A stretch of DNA of 64,000 nucleotides from Pseudomonadota bacterium (GCA_040756295.1 JBFLZN010000002.1:640102-704101); one strand, 5' to 3'; counted from the first letter of the stretch, positions 45,970-57,241 are shown. Numbers and translations: made by a program. The notes: generated from the sequence alone by a model not told the origin.

Positions 45970-46521
45970 ATGACGATCACCAAAGGGCCGCAAGCGGGCC
46001 TCAATCCGAAGTCCGTGAGCGACTGCGGCGACTCCGCCCGAGCCATGTCACTGCTGTTTCTGCTGCGGCGCTGGCGCGCGAAAAATGCCGGCCTGGTTGC
46101 GGCGCCGCGCGCCAAGGCCGACGATGCGCCGGTAAACAATGCGGCGCTCGCGAGCCTTGTCGGCGGCGAATTGTCCGAGCGCTTTCATGCGTGGCGCGGC
46201 CGCTCGGGCCGGCGCTACATCTGTTCGGTTTTTCCGGTCGATCGGCGCGACAGCGAGGCGGGCCTGCCGGATTTCGCCGAGGCGATTGTGATCGCGGTGA
46301 AAGCGGATGCCTTTGGCCAGCGCCGTGTCGTCGGCTTCTGCCAGTGCGAGCATGGCGCGGGCCCCGTCGCCCGCCATGCCTTCGTCAGCGCCGCCATCGC
46401 GGCCGGCGCGCAGCAATGGCACATCCATCTGCTCACGGCCGATCCGCAGAAGCGCCGCGCCGCGATTGAGGATATCGAGGCGCTCTGCCAGCCGGCCGGG
46501 GGCGCACTGGTCCCCGCCTGA
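45970..46521 (+). CDS. Conserved-looking hypothetical protein
   Basis: GAAGGA RBS; RFHAWRGRSGRRYICSVF...WHIHLL; no function recognised. Confidence 0.7.
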   Translation: MTITKGPQAGLNPKSVSDCGDSARAMSLLFLLRRWRAKNAGLVAAPRAKADDAPVNNAALASLVGGELSERFHAWRGRSGRRYICSVFPVDRRDSEAGLPDFAEAIVIAVKADAFGQRRVVGFCQCEHGAGPVARHAFVSAAIAAGAQQWHIHLLTADPQKRRAAIEDIEALCQPAGGALVPA

Positions 46522-46536
46522 TCGCTTGATCGGCGC

Positions 46537-47058
46537 TTAATCCGTCGGGACGAGCTCTTTCGCCAGCCAATCGAGCGTCGCGTCGGCAATGCCGAGTTCG
46601 GCAAGATGGGCCTGCGTGGCGCGGACATAGTCCGGATTGGCGCCGGAGACGCCCTGGCCCTGCGCAACAAGCCGCACGATGGCCTCACGTTCGAGCCGGC
46701 CGGCATATTGGATGTGACGGCGGTCGACCGCATAGCTCAAAGCCGTGACGCTGCCGCCGCCAAGCTCGGCGTTCAGATAGACTTCGCGGTAGACGGACGT
46801 GACCTGCTCGCGCGCCCGCAGATAAGCGATGGTCGCCTCGCGATGTTCGGCCGCGACGCGGAAGGCGATGCCGCGGCAGGAACCGCCCCGGTCAAGCCCC
46901 AGCACAAGGCCCGGCCGCTCCGGCGTGCCGCGGTGGACATGCGAATAGACGCAAAGCGCCCGGTGGTAGCCGCGGATGCGCGCCATTTCGCGCGCTACGA
47001 AAGGAAAGCCCGGCCGCCACATCAGCGAGCCGTAGCCGAAAACCCATAAATCGCTCAT
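46537..47058 (-). CDS. ChaC-like gamma-glutamylcyclotransferase
   Basis: LWVFGYGSLMW, HRGTPERPGLVLGL, YL..REQ, G..G.N..Y. Confidence 0.9.
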   Translation of the reverse strand: MSDLWVFGYGSLMWRPGFPFVAREMARIRGYHRALCVYSHVHRGTPERPGLVLGLDRGGSCRGIAFRVAAEHREATIAYLRAREQVTSVYREVYLNAELGGGSVTALSYAVDRRHIQYAGRLEREAIVRLVAQGQGVSGANPDYVRATQAHLAELGIADATLDWLAKELVPTD

Positions 47059-47159
47059 CGTCTCTGGAATTTAGGCGAGACGCCCGGCGCTGTAACGGCC
47101 GCGCTGCGCCGGACCAACAAAATTCCTCCGAATTTGTGCTTTTCCGCTAATCCTGTGTT

Positions 47160-48245
47160 TTGGCAGAATTGGGAGAAGCCGTATTGGAAAGCCGTTCGAC
47201 CGCTACCGTCGCGCCGACCCGCAAGCCGCCATCCCCGCTGGTCTGGCTTGTGGGTCTCTTGATCGTCGCTGGGCTCGGCTGGTCGGGCTTCTGGGCTTTT
47301 GCCGCCATGCAGACCGGGCAGGCGCTCGAAGCCTGGGTGGCGCGGGAAAAAACCTTCGGCCGCGTCTGGTCCTGCCCCAACCCCAAGATCGGCGGTTATC
47401 CGTTCGCCATCGCCATCACCTGCCCGTCGCCGCGTTTCGACGGGCTGATCTTCGGCCATGATTACAGCGGCACGCTGCAAGGCTTCCATGTGACGGCGCC
47501 GCTGACGCAGCCGCGCGACATTGCCATCGCGGCAGGTTCGCCTTTCGTCGCCGTTTCGAAGGATGACAAGGTCAATTTCCAGCTCGCATGGAGCAATCTG
47601 AACGTACGCCTCAACGGCCTGCCGCAGGACCTTTGGCAGGCTGAAGTCAACGGCCAGGATTTTGTGCTGCATGGCGGCGCCGGCGCGCTCGCCTTCGGCG
47701 GCAAGGTCAACGCGGCCGCGGTGACGGCGGCACAACGCGCCGGCGATGATGGTCCGGCGCTCGATTTCGATGTCGCTCTGACGGGCGCGAACCTGCCGGT
47801 GATCGAACAGATTCTGGGTCCGGGCCTCGCCGCCGATGTCAGCGCGCAAGGCAGCGTGACGAAGACGGATTTCGAGACGGGCCTGACGCCGACACAAAAT
47901 CTCGACCGCTGGACGGCGGCGGGCGGCCGCGTCACGCTCACATCGGTCAGCTTGACGCGCGGCGATACGAAATTCGAGGCGCATGGCACCTTCGCGCTTA
48001 ACGCCGAGCATCGGGTGGACGGCCATTTCGAGACCAAGAGCAGCGGCCTCGAACCCGTCATGCAGCACTACGGCATTGATCCGAGTCTGCTCAGCTTCGG
48101 TGCGCTGCTCGGCAATCTGCTCAGCGGCCATTCGAACGAGCCGCAACAGTCATCGGCGGTGCTGCGTTTGCCGGTCGATCTCGACGGCGGCCGCCTCGTG
48201 GTCGGGCCGATCCGCACCAGCATCAAGCTGCCGCCGGCCTATTAG
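47160..48245 (+). CDS. DUF2125-like membrane-anchored protein
   Basis: N-terminal TM, WSGFW..AA, C....IGGYPF, C-terminal GPI; typical position next to chaC/tyrC in Rhizobiales. Confidence 0.72.
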   Translation: MAELGEAVLESRSTATVAPTRKPPSPLVWLVGLLIVAGLGWSGFWAFAAMQTGQALEAWVAREKTFGRVWSCPNPKIGGYPFAIAITCPSPRFDGLIFGHDYSGTLQGFHVTAPLTQPRDIAIAAGSPFVAVSKDDKVNFQLAWSNLNVRLNGLPQDLWQAEVNGQDFVLHGGAGALAFGGKVNAAAVTAAQRAGDDGPALDFDVALTGANLPVIEQILGPGLAADVSAQGSVTKTDFETGLTPTQNLDRWTAAGGRVTLTSVSLTRGDTKFEAHGTFALNAEHRVDGHFETKSSGLEPVMQHYGIDPSLLSFGALLGNLLSGHSNEPQQSSAVLRLPVDLDGGRLVVGPIRTSIKLPPAY

Positions 48246-48247
48246 CT

Positions 48248-48351
48248 TAGAGCATCGGACCGAAAAGTGCGAAGCGGTTTTCGGACAAATCCGATGCGAT
48301 GAGAAAGACTTAAAAGCGCCGAGTGATTCAATTTGAACGTCCGACGCTCTA
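48248..48351 (+). repeat. MITE-like palindromic repeat, copy A (104 bp)
   Basis: TAGAGCATCGGACC...CGTCCGACGCTCTA terminal inverted repeats; internal CCGAAAA/TTTTCGG stem. Confidence 0.9.
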
Positions 48352-49296
48352 AGCCTCGTCGTCGCGGTGGCGGCCGAAGTCGGGCGCCGCGATCTCCTGG
48401 CCTTCCTGGATGATGCCGCGGCGGATCGCGCGGGTGCGGGTGAAGAGCTTGAACAACCCGTCGCCGTCACCATTGCGGATCATCCGCTGCAAAGCCGTCA
48501 AATCCTCGGTGAACCGGCCGAGCGTTTCGAGCACCGCTTCCTTGTTGTTGAGGAAGACGTCGCGCCACATTGTCGGATCGGAGGCGGCGATGCGGGTGAA
48601 ATCGCGAAAGCCGCCGGCCGAGAATTTGATCACTTCGGATTGGGTGACGGCCTCGAGATCGGCGGCGGTGCCGACGATATTGTAGGCGATCAGATGCGGC
48701 AGATGACTGGTGATCGACAGCACCAGATCGTGATGCTGCGGCGACATGATCTCGACATTGGCGCCGGCGGCGGCCCAGAATTCGGCGAGGCGCTTGACCG
48801 CCTTTGCATCGGCGCCCTCGGGCGGCGTCAGGATGCACCAGCGATTGACGAACAGCGTCGCAAAGCCGGCCGCCGGCCCCGATTCCTCGGTGCCCGCGAC
48901 GGGATGCGCGGGGATGACGTTGGCGTTCGGCAGATGCTTGATGAGCGCCGCGAGCACAGCGCTTTTGACCGAGCCGACATCGGAGACGATGGCGCCCGGT
49001 TTGACCTGCGGCGCGATCTCCTGCGCGACGGCGCTCATCGCGCCGACGGGCACGCAGAGAATGATGAGATCGGCATCGGCGGCGGCCTGCGCCGCTGTCT
49101 CCGTGACCGTATCGGCGAGGCCGAGTTCGGCGACTTTCGCGCGCACGTCCGGCGCGGCATCGCTTGCGACGAGCGTACGCGCCAGCTTTTTGCGTTTGAC
49201 GACGCGCGCCAGCGACGAGCCGATGAGGCCAAGGCCGATCAGCGCAACGCGGTCGAAGAGCGGCGCCGCGAGCGGGGCGCCCAGGCCATCAACCAC
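48349..49296 (-). CDS. tyrC: Prephenate/arogenate (cyclohexadienyl) dehydrogenase
   Basis: [30 protein letters not shown]......[22 protein letters not shown]. Confidence 0.93.
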   Translation of the reverse strand: MVDGLGAPLAAPLFDRVALIGLGLIGSSLARVVKRKKLARTLVASDAAPDVRAKVAELGLADTVTETAAQAAADADLIILCVPVGAMSAVAQEIAPQVKPGAIVSDVGSVKSAVLAALIKHLPNANVIPAHPVAGTEESGPAAGFATLFVNRWCILTPPEGADAKAVKRLAEFWAAAGANVEIMSPQHHDLVLSITSHLPHLIAYNIVGTAADLEAVTQSEVIKFSAGGFRDFTRIAASDPTMWRDVFLNNKEAVLETLGRFTEDLTALQRMIRNGDGDGLFKLFTRTRAIRRGIIQEGQEIAAPDFGRHRDDEA

Positions 49297-50404
49297 GCCG
49301 CGTATCCTTTACGAAATCGGCGAGCGCGGCGACGACGAGGCGATTGGCTTCTTCCGTGCCGACGGTGAGCCGCAGGCATTGCGGCAGAAAATACGTCTCG
49401 ACCGCCCGCAGGATGAGCCCGCGTCTCGACAAGAAAGCATCTGCCGCGCGGGCGTCGTCGGCGTCCTTGAAATGCAGCAGCAGAAAATTGGCGACGCTCG
49501 GCGTCACCGGAATGCCGAGCGCGGCGATCTCGGCGCTGAGCCAGGCGAGCCATTGCGTGTTGTGGGCGATCGATCGCGCGACATGCGGGGCATCGTTGAC
49601 GGCAGCGATGCCGGCGCGCATTGCCGGCGTGTTGATATTGAACGGGCCGCGCAGACGATTGATCGCGTCGGTGATCGCCGGCGGCGCATAGCACCAGCCG
49701 AGCCGCAAGGCCGCGAGACCATAGATTTTCGAGAAGGTTCGCGTCATCACGACATTGTTGCGCGTGCGGACAAGTTCGAGTCCCGGCTCGTAATCGTCAC
49801 GGGTCACGAATTCCGCATAGGCCGCGTCGAGGATGAGCAGCACATGCGGCGGCAGCGAATCGGCAAGGCGCGCGACCTCGCGCGCCGGCAGATAGGTGCC
49901 GGTCGGATTGTTCGGATTGGCGAGGAAGACGACCTTGGTCCTAGGCGTCACCTTCGCGAGGATCGCATCGACATTGGCGGTGAGATCGACTTCGTCGGCG
50001 ACGATTGGCGTGCCGCCCGCCGCAAGAATGGCGATGCGATAGATCGAGAAGCCATGCTTCGTGTAGATGCCTTCGTCACCGGGGTTCAGAAAGGCATAGG
50101 TCAGCAGGAAGATCAGCTCGTCCGAACCGGCGCCGCAGGTGATCTGCGCCGCATCGACGCCATGACGCGCCGCGATCGCTTCGCGCAGCGCCCGCACCGA
50201 GCCGTCCGGATAGATCGCGAGCCCGTCGGCCGCCGATTTTGCGGCTTCAACAGCGAGCGGGCTCGGCCCGAGCGCCGATTCGTTCGACGAGAGCTTGAAG
50301 ATTCGCGCACTCGTCGCGGCGGCGGCTTTGCCGGGAACATAGGGCTCGATCGCCAGCACGCTCGCGCGGGGCTGCGGCGCTGCGGCGATATCGGAAGACG
50401 TCAT
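49289..50404 (-). CDS. hisC: Histidinol-phosphate aminotransferase
   Basis: [46 protein letters not shown]. Confidence 0.93.
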   Translation of the reverse strand: MTSSDIAAAPQPRASVLAIEPYVPGKAAAATSARIFKLSSNESALGPSPLAVEAAKSAADGLAIYPDGSVRALREAIAARHGVDAAQITCGAGSDELIFLLTYAFLNPGDEGIYTKHGFSIYRIAILAAGGTPIVADEVDLTANVDAILAKVTPRTKVVFLANPNNPTGTYLPAREVARLADSLPPHVLLILDAAYAEFVTRDDYEPGLELVRTRNNVVMTRTFSKIYGLAALRLGWCYAPPAITDAINRLRGPFNINTPAMRAGIAAVNDAPHVARSIAHNTQWLAWLSAEIAALGIPVTPSVANFLLLHFKDADDARAADAFLSRRGLILRAVETYFLPQCLRLTVGTEEANRLVVAALADFVKDTRRG

Positions 50405-50463
50405 CTTTGCGGGCTCCAAATGGTCGCGCTCCCAATCGCGCGGCGCGGCTCTCAAACGTCGCG

Positions 50464-51306
50464 CTAAATCTCTCTCACAAAATCGAAACGCGCGGCATGG
50501 CTGCCGATTTCCGTCAAACCGGATAGCGCAATATCATGCCCGGCCAAAGTTTCACGCAGCGCCTCGGTCGAAAGCGCGCCCGGCGCGGCGAGGAGCAGGG
50601 CGCTTTGATGCGGTGCTTGGGCGATGATTTCGACGCCAGTCCCGCGTAAGGCCGCATCGATCTCGCGCCAAGCGCCGAGCGTCGCGGCATAGAGCACGAC
50701 ATCGCGCGCGGCGCCGTCCTCGACCGGCTTGGCAATGACGAAGAGCGGCGTGCCGGCCGGATGGTCGTGACGCTCGACGAAGGGCAGGCGGGCGATGATC
50801 TTCGGGGCCGTGGGCGCCGCGAGGTGTTGCCACCAGGCGCCGGCCGCGGGACCCGCTTCGACCGGGACAAGGCCGAGATCGCCCGACGCGTTCGCGACAG
50901 CCGCGACGACCGCGGCCACACCGTGATGCGAGATATAGGGCACGGTGAAGCCGAAATGGAAACGGCAGCCGTCGCGCATCTGCGCGTCGCCGCCGGACAC
51001 GTCGGCATGGACGCTGTAATTCGCCTGCACGAAAGTGAAGGTCGAAATGATGATCCGCCAGATGCTTTCGACTGTGTCGAGCGGCAGGATGCCTTTGTGG
51101 CGTTCGACGAGCCGGCGCATCATCTCGGCCTCGCGGCCGGGGCGGAAGGCGCTGCTGCCGCCGCCGGCGCGGGCCTTCGCCGCGATCAGCCGGTCGATGA
51201 TCTCGCCGCGCTGCATCAGCATTTCATGCAGGCAGGCGTCGATACGGTCGATCTCGTTGCGCAGATCGGCCAAAGTTTCGGGGGCGGGGCGTCTCTCAAG
51301 CATCAT
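50464..51306 (-). CDS. Chorismate mutase with C-terminal extension
   Basis: [25 protein letters not shown]; upstream of hisC-tyrC. Confidence 0.88.
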   Translation of the reverse strand: MMLERRPAPETLADLRNEIDRIDACLHEMLMQRGEIIDRLIAAKARAGGGSSAFRPGREAEMMRRLVERHKGILPLDTVESIWRIIISTFTFVQANYSVHADVSGGDAQMRDGCRFHFGFTVPYISHHGVAAVVAAVANASGDLGLVPVEAGPAAGAWWQHLAAPTAPKIIARLPFVERHDHPAGTPLFVIAKPVEDGAARDVVLYAATLGAWREIDAALRGTGVEIIAQAPHQSALLLAAPGALSTEALRETLAGHDIALSGLTEIGSHAARFDFVREI

Positions 51307-51454
51307 GGCATCGCATCTTTGCGGACTTCTCTTAAAGAGAATCGCGCCGGGGCGAAACGCCTTTCCGGTTGCGGCACCGGCCGGCAAGCTGGCGCCGACG
51401 CTTGGGGATACCTAAATCCGGGACCAGGCGGTTTCGCGCGGCTCGGGGTGCCGC

Positions 51455-51484
51455 TTGACACCCGCGGCGGGCCGCTCCTATAAA
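51455..51484 (+). promoter_or_regulatory. Sigma70-type promoter for metX-metW
   Basis: TTGACA-N18-TATAAA. Confidence 0.65.
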
Positions 51485-51531
51485 CCGGACACGGCGTTCG
51501 TCAAAGCGAACGATGCTTGTGTGAGCTAGCT

Positions 51532-52719
51532 GTGACAATTGTTCCCACCCAAAAGGCGCTGAGCCAGCTGGAAGCGGATGCGCCGCACAGCCTCGTCGTG
51601 CAGTTCGGTGCGGATCAGCCGCTCAAGATGGACGCCGGCGTCGATCTCGGCCCGCTGCAGATCGCCTATCAGACCTATGGAACGCTCAACGCCGCGAAAT
51701 CGAACGCCATCCTGATCTGCCACGCGCTGACCGGCGATCAACACGTCGCGAGCCCGCATCCGACCACCGGCAAGCCTGGCTGGTGGGAGGTGATGATCGG
51801 GCCGGGCAAGCCGATCGACACGGATCGCTATTTCGTCATCGCCTCGAATGTCGTCGGCGGCTGTATGGGCACGACGGGGCCGGCCTCGACCAATCCGGCG
51901 ACGGGGCGCGCCTTCGGCCTCGACCTGCCGCTGGTCACGATCCGCGACATGGTCCGCGCCCAGGCCATGCTGATCGATCACCTCGGCATCGAAAGCCTGT
52001 TCGCGGTCATCGGCGGCTCGATGGGTGGCATGCAAGTTTTGCAATGGGCGGCGAGCTATCCGGACCGCGTCTTTGCCGCCATGCCGATTGCGACCGCGGC
52101 GAAACATTCCTCGCAGAACATCGCCTTCCACGAAGTCGGCCGCCAGGCGGTCATGGCTGATCCCGAATGGCGCCAGGGCCGCTATCTCGATGCCGGCGTC
52201 AGCCCCACCAAGGGCCTCGCCGTGGCGCGGATGGCGGCGCATATCACCTATCTGTCGCAGGACGCCCTGCAGCGGAAGTTCGGCCGCAAGTTCCAGGATC
52301 GCGCCGCGCCGACCTTTTCCTTCGATGCGGATTTCCAGATCGAGAATTATCTGCGCTATCAGGGCACGAGCTTCGTCGATCGTTTCGATGCCAACTCCTA
52401 TCTCTATGTCACCCGCGCCTGCGATTATTTCGATCTCGCCGAGGATTACGGTGGCGCGCTCGCGGCCGCCTTCAAAGGCACGAAGACGCGTTTTTGCGTC
52501 GTCTCGTTCGATTCGGACTGGCTTTATCCGACTGCGGCGTCGCGGGCGATCGTCCATGCGCTGAACGCCGCAGCGGCCTCCGTCTCCTTCGTTGAGATCA
52601 ACACCGACCGCGGCCACGATGCCTTTCTCCTCAATGTGCCGGAGTTTTTCGCCACGACGCGCGGCTTTCTCGAAGCCGCGGCGCGGGCGCGCGGCATTGC
52701 GCCGGCGGCCAAGGAGTAA
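51532..52719 (+). CDS. metX: Homoserine O-acyltransferase (MetX family)
   Basis: CHALTGD, GWW...[12 protein letters not shown] nucleophile, DWLYP, GHDAFL; start approximate (51517-51532). Confidence 0.93.
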   Translation: MTIVPTQKALSQLEADAPHSLVVQFGADQPLKMDAGVDLGPLQIAYQTYGTLNAAKSNAILICHALTGDQHVASPHPTTGKPGWWEVMIGPGKPIDTDRYFVIASNVVGGCMGTTGPASTNPATGRAFGLDLPLVTIRDMVRAQAMLIDHLGIESLFAVIGGSMGGMQVLQWAASYPDRVFAAMPIATAAKHSSQNIAFHEVGRQAVMADPEWRQGRYLDAGVSPTKGLAVARMAAHITYLSQDALQRKFGRKFQDRAAPTFSFDADFQIENYLRYQGTSFVDRFDANSYLYVTRACDYFDLAEDYGGALAAAFKGTKTRFCVVSFDSDWLYPTAASRAIVHALNAAAASVSFVEINTDRGHDAFLLNVPEFFATTRGFLEAAARARGIAPAAKE

Positions 52720-52721
52720 AC

Positions 52722-53369
52722 GTGGCGGATAACGGCACGCGCACCGCCGTCATGCTCTCGCAGACGGCGCGTATCGATCTTCTCGTCGTTGCCGATATGG
52801 TGGCGCCGAAGAGCCGCGTGCTCGATGTCGGCTGTGGCGACGGCACCTTGCTGCGGCTCCTCGCCGAGGAGCGCGGCGTCGATGCGCGCGGCATCGAGCT
52901 GTCGCAAAGCGGCGTCAATGATTGCGTGGCCAAGGGCCTGTCCGTCGTTCAGGGCGACGCCGATACGGACCTCGCCGATTATCCCGACGATGCCTTCGAT
53001 TATGTGATCCTGTCGCAGACTTTGCAGGCGACGCGACGGCCGCGCGCTGTGCTTGAACATATGCTGCGCATCGGCCGTCACGCGATCGTGTCGTTTCCGA
53101 ATTTCGGCCATTGGCGCATCCGCGCGCAGATCGCGCTTGCCGGGCGAATGCCGGTGACGAAAAGCCTGTCGGCCTCGTGGTACGAGACGCCGAACATCCA
53201 CTTTTGCACCATCCGCGATTTCATCGGCCTCGTCGATGAGATCGGCGCCAAGACGGAGCGCTCGATCGCGCTCGATCACCAGGGCCGTCCGCTGCGTGTC
53301 GGTGCGCCGTGGTGGGTCTTGAACCTGATCGGCGATCAGGCCGTCTTCGAATTATCGCGGAAGAAATAG
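52722..53369 (+). CDS. metW: Methionine biosynthesis protein MetW (methyltransferase fold)
   Basis: VLDVGCGDG, VILSQTLQA, SFPNFGHW, WYETPNIHFCTI. Confidence 0.92.
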   Translation: MADNGTRTAVMLSQTARIDLLVVADMVAPKSRVLDVGCGDGTLLRLLAEERGVDARGIELSQSGVNDCVAKGLSVVQGDADTDLADYPDDAFDYVILSQTLQATRRPRAVLEHMLRIGRHAIVSFPNFGHWRIRAQIALAGRMPVTKSLSASWYETPNIHFCTIRDFIGLVDEIGAKTERSIALDHQGRPLRVGAPWWVLNLIGDQAVFELSRKK

Positions 53370-53376
53370 CGGCGTT

Positions 53377-53480
53377 TAGAGCGTCGAACGTTCAAATTGA
53401 ATCGCTCGGCGCTTTTAAGTCTTTCTCATCGCATCGGATTTGTCCGAAAACCGCTTCGCACTTTTCGGTCCGATGCTTTA
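53377..53480 (-). repeat. MITE-like palindromic repeat, copy B (104 bp, reversed)
   Basis: Near-identical reverse complement of copy A. Confidence 0.9.
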
Positions 53481-54020
53481 GCGCTTTGTCTTCGCCGCCT
53501 TGGCACGCTCGAGTCCGGCGGTGACCAGCGTGCGGCCCTCGGCGGCATCGCCCCAGCGCAGGATCTTCACCCATTTGCCGGGTTCGAGATCCTTATAATG
53601 GCTGAAGAAATGCTCGACCTGCTCGATCGTGATCTGCGGCAGGTCGGTATAATTGTGAATCTTCTCGTAGCGCGTGGTCAGCTTCTGCGACGGCACGGCG
53701 ATGATCTTCTCGTCGCCGCCATGCTCGTCCTGCATCAGCAGCACGCCAACGACGCGGCAGTTCATCACCGCGCCGGGCGCGATGGCGCGCGTATTGACCA
53801 CCACCACATCGCAGGGGTCGCCATCTTCCGACAAAGTGTGCGGGATGAAGCCGTAATTGCCGGGATAGCGCATGGCCGTATAGAGAAAGCGGTCGACGAA
53901 CAGGGCGCCCGAGTCTTTATCCATCTCATATTTAATGGGCTCGCCGCCGATCGGCACTTCGATGACGACATTGATATCGTCAGGCGGGTTCTTGCCGGCG
54001 GGAACGGCATCAAGATTCAT
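53478..54020 (-). CDS. ppa: Inorganic pyrophosphatase (family I)
   Basis: [39 protein letters not shown]. Confidence 0.96.
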   Translation of the reverse strand: MNLDAVPAGKNPPDDINVVIEVPIGGEPIKYEMDKDSGALFVDRFLYTAMRYPGNYGFIPHTLSEDGDPCDVVVVNTRAIAPGAVMNCRVVGVLLMQDEHGGDEKIIAVPSQKLTTRYEKIHNYTDLPQITIEQVEHFFSHYKDLEPGKWVKILRWGDAAEGRTLVTAGLERAKAAKTKR

Positions 54021-54100
54021 GGATTGATCCTATTCTTGGGACTTATCTTGGGAATTGGCGCAGGCGCGCGGACGGCGCCGCTCAATACCCGATCGCGCTC

Positions 54101-54607
54101 TTATTGAAAAGCGAAGGCGACGCGCTCGCGCTGTTCGCTGCCGAAGCGCTCGTAGGCGCGGCGCACGACATGGCCGCCAAGGCGGCCGTAGAAGTTGAGC
54201 GCCGGTTCGTTGTCGGCGAGCGCCCAGACGAGGAAGGATGAATAGCCGTGTTCGGCGAGGTCTTTCCGCGCCGCGTTAAACAGCCGCTTGCCGAAGCCGA
54301 GACCCTGGAACTCGGGCGCGATATAAAGCTCGAAAATCTCGCCGCCGAAATTCATCGCCGGAACCCGGTTGCGGCCATAGCTCGCATAGCCGCCGATCGC
54401 ATCGTCGAAATCGAGAACGACAAGCCGCGACCGCCGTTGAATGGCCGAACGCCACCAGCTCGGCCCGCGCCGCGCGATCATCCGCTCCAATTCACGGCCG
54501 GGAATGATGCCACGATAGGCATGCCGCCACGCCGCGTCATGCACTTCGGCGATGGCCTCAGCGTCCATTTCGCGTGCATCGCGGATCGTGATAAGCGTCT
54601 CGGCCAT
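54101..54607 (-). CDS. GNAT family N-acetyltransferase
   Basis: ELYIAPEFQGLGFGKRL, N..A..FY..LGG. Confidence 0.88.
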   Translation of the reverse strand: MAETLITIRDAREMDAEAIAEVHDAAWRHAYRGIIPGRELERMIARRGPSWWRSAIQRRSRLVVLDFDDAIGGYASYGRNRVPAMNFGGEIFELYIAPEFQGLGFGKRLFNAARKDLAEHGYSSFLVWALADNEPALNFYGRLGGHVVRRAYERFGSEQRERVAFAFQ

Positions 54608-54866
54608 AACGCAATGTTAGGCCCGCTTCGCCTCCGCCTGCAAGAACTTCTTCTTGGCGCTGCGGCGCGTTCGAAGCGACGTTGTGGACGCGGGAGCCCA
54701 AGCTGAATTTGCTGGATTTTGCGTCTTCCCGCCGGTCATTTTGCGGGGCACCGCTCACGGCGTAAGGCGGCGATTTTGCGCTTGCGTGTCGCGCCGATGA
54801 CAGTGCGGCCGGAAGGGCTCATGTGAGTCGCGCCGGCCGCATGATTCTGCGTTGTTTTGGCGCGGC

Positions 54867-55016
54867 CTATAACAGGCCAAGGGCGTTAACGACGATCAGA
54901 ATCGCCAATAGGCCTATGCCCAATCCGAGACTGATTCCGATCAGCTTTTTTTCGATCGGCAGAAGCGGTTCGGCCTCTGCGCCGTGCACTTCGGCCTTGA
55001 GATCGATCTGTGCCAT
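54867..55016 (-). CDS. Small single-TM protein (49 aa), not in ORF track
   Basis: AGGAGAG RBS; MAQIDLKAEVHGAEAEPLLPIEKKLIGISLGLGIGLLAILIVVNALGLL; directly downstream of YeiH-like gene. Confidence 0.72.
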   Translation of the reverse strand: MAQIDLKAEVHGAEAEPLLPIEKKLIGISLGLGIGLLAILIVVNALGLL

Positions 55017-55044
55017 TTTTCTCTCCTGAGGGTTGAAATCGGGG

Positions 55045-56526
55045 TCAGCTCACGAGCGGCGGCTTGACCCCGTGGAAGAAGAGCCACGAGATGAAGAGGC
55101 CGACCCAGATGACGAAGCCGAACAGGCTGACGATATAGACGGCGGCGAGCTTGCCGAGGCCGTCCGCCCAGAGGCGGCGGAAGTTGGACAGGACGCCGAT
55201 CGAGAAGAACGTCAGGACGAAGAAGATGACGCGGAAGATCGTCGTCTCGTCGGCGACGGCCTTCAGCGCCGGCGCCTGGCCCTTGAGGGTCAAGGCCGCG
55301 GCAAGGCCGAGGGCGAAGGTCAGCACGAAGCCCAGGATGAACTTCGGAAACCGGTCCCAGATCTCGCTGGCCTTGGCTTTGCCGCCCGGCGTGTTCGGGT
55401 TGATATAGGTTGTCCAGATATGGGCGAGGACGAAGGCCCAGACGCCGATGAAGACGTCGATGAAGACCTTGATCGTCGTCGTCGTGCCGAGGATCCAGCC
55501 CGGCTGGTAATGAACGCCGGCGGCGACGTTTTTTGCATTGATCAAAGCCTCGGTGATGCCGCCCGCCGCGACGGCCGCTCCGTCGGTTTTGACCGCCAGG
55601 CCGATCCAGCTTGCCGCAACGAGCGGCTCATGGGCGAGGAAGGTGCTGGCGAGGAACGGCAGGAGGAAAAGCTCGATCACCGCAAAGACGACGACGAGCG
55701 AGGCGACGAGGACGGCGACTTGCGAGCGCGCCCGGATGGCGCCCCCCGTGGCGATCGCCGCGGCGACCCCGCAAATCGAGATGCCGGAGGCGAGCGGCGC
55801 CGCCGCCTCGCGCGAGAAGCCGAAATATTTGCGGGCGATGAAATAAACCACCGGCCAGTAGATCAGATAGGCTTCGACGATGGCGGCGAGCGAACGCACG
55901 AAGACCGCCGAGGCGAGGTTGAGCTTGCCCGCGACGGTGATGCCGATCGCGCCGCCCAAGAGGACGATGGCGATCTTGACGTAAAGATCCGGCCGGATCG
56001 CCTCATCGAGCCAGGCGGCGACGCCCGGAAAGAAATTGGCGATCAAGAGCCCGGCGATGAGCGCGAGGATATAGCCGCCCTCCGCCGTCAGGTGCAGCGA
56101 CCAGGTCACGCCATATTTCGTCAGCTCGGCCGGTGTTTCGGCGGCGAAATGCGCATAGCCGCCAAGGTTCCAGGCGAGATAGGCGATCCAGAAGACGGCC
56201 GTGAACGTCACCGCAAAACGGCTGACGTTCGCCTTGATGACGGCGGCCGCGGCGCTGAGGACCGCGAGCAGCGCGAGATAGGTGAGGACGAGCGACGGAA
56301 GGCCGCCGAGCCAGGCGTAACTCTTGCCGAAAGGCGCAAGCGATTGCGCCGGATCGGTCCAAATTTTGGATTTTACCGCCCAGCCGAGCAGATCGACGCC
56401 GCTCAATCCAAGCAAAGCCAGGACGAAAACCGCTATTCCGATGATCGCGGCCACCCAATCTTCGTTGAGTTGGACCGTCGCACTCTCAACGTGCGAGGCT
56501 GTCGTGTCAGTCATGATGGAACCCAA
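55045..56526 (-). CDS. YeiH/putative sulfate exporter family transporter
   Basis: Many TMs; SGISICGVAAAIATGGA, GLAVKTDGAAVA, IWDRFPKF. Confidence 0.88.
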   Translation of the reverse strand: MGSIMTDTTASHVESATVQLNEDWVAAIIGIAVFVLALLGLSGVDLLGWAVKSKIWTDPAQSLAPFGKSYAWLGGLPSLVLTYLALLAVLSAAAAVIKANVSRFAVTFTAVFWIAYLAWNLGGYAHFAAETPAELTKYGVTWSLHLTAEGGYILALIAGLLIANFFPGVAAWLDEAIRPDLYVKIAIVLLGGAIGITVAGKLNLASAVFVRSLAAIVEAYLIYWPVVYFIARKYFGFSREAAAPLASGISICGVAAAIATGGAIRARSQVAVLVASLVVVFAVIELFLLPFLASTFLAHEPLVAASWIGLAVKTDGAAVAAGGITEALINAKNVAAGVHYQPGWILGTTTTIKVFIDVFIGVWAFVLAHIWTTYINPNTPGGKAKASEIWDRFPKFILGFVLTFALGLAAALTLKGQAPALKAVADETTIFRVIFFVLTFFSIGVLSNFRRLWADGLGKLAAVYIVSLFGFVIWVGLFISWLFFHGVKPPLVS

Positions 56527-56656
56527 GCTCCCCTATTGTTTTACTTATAGTACATTATTTTGATAGAATTTATGTGTAAATACAATGTTTGACGGTGAAA
56601 TGGCCTCAGGTGGCTGCGGCCTCGAGGTTCAAGGCCTTGGTCTTCAACCTGTTTCC

Positions 56657-57241
56657 CTAAACCTGCGGCGTCACCACCCGCGTCGTCACGGCCAGGGCGC
56701 GAAGGATTCCGACAAGTTTTTCCGCACCCGCGTCTGCCGGGCCAGAATTCTCGATGGTGAAATCGGCGGCGAAGCTCTCCGCGACCTCGCGGTTGCGCGC
56801 GAGCCTGCCGCCGATGTCGGCGCTGGTTTCACGCCCGCGCGCGTTGAGCCGCGCGGCGAGAATATCCACCGGCGCGGTCACGAGAATCGTGGCGATGCGC
56901 GGGAAGCTCACTTTGGCGGCAATGATGGCTTCACGGGAAACATTGCAGGGGACGACATGTCCGGCTTCCAGCGCCGGCAGAACCTCGCTGCCGATGCCAT
57001 AGCCGAGGCCATGCGCCCGCCAGGCCAATGCGAAAAGACCGGCGTGCAGCCCCATCGCGTAATCGGCTTCGCTGAGAACGAGGTGATCTTCACACGTCGA
57101 GGGCGGGCGGGTGACATGGCGGCGGGGAAAGCTGAAGCCCGGTTCGCTGGCGAGTTTTGATTTCGCCAGCCGCAGCAAAGTATCCTTGCCGGCGCCGCTC
57201 GGGCCGACCACACAGACAAAGATGCCGGCCGCTGCAGACAC
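56657..57241 (-). CDS. phnN: Ribose 1,5-bisphosphokinase (PhnN, guanylate-kinase-like)
   Basis: VVGPSGAGKDTL P-loop, RRHVTRP, W.AHGL.YGI, RL.ARGRE; start approximate. Confidence 0.85.
   Translation of the reverse strand: MSAAAGIFVCVVGPSGAGKDTLLRLAKSKLASEPGFSFPRRHVTRPPSTCEDHLVLSEADYAMGLHAGLFALAWRAHGLGYGIGSEVLPALEAGHVVPCNVSREAIIAAKVSFPRIATILVTAPVDILAARLNARGRETSADIGGRLARNREVAESFAADFTIENSGPADAGAEKLVGILRALAVTTRVVTPQV

Noticed and set aside
51307-51531. SAM riboswitch upstream of metX
   Set aside because: I could not match the SAM-alpha/SAM-II consensus by eye; only a promoter and a short hairpin are visible. An Infernal/Rfam scan would be decisive
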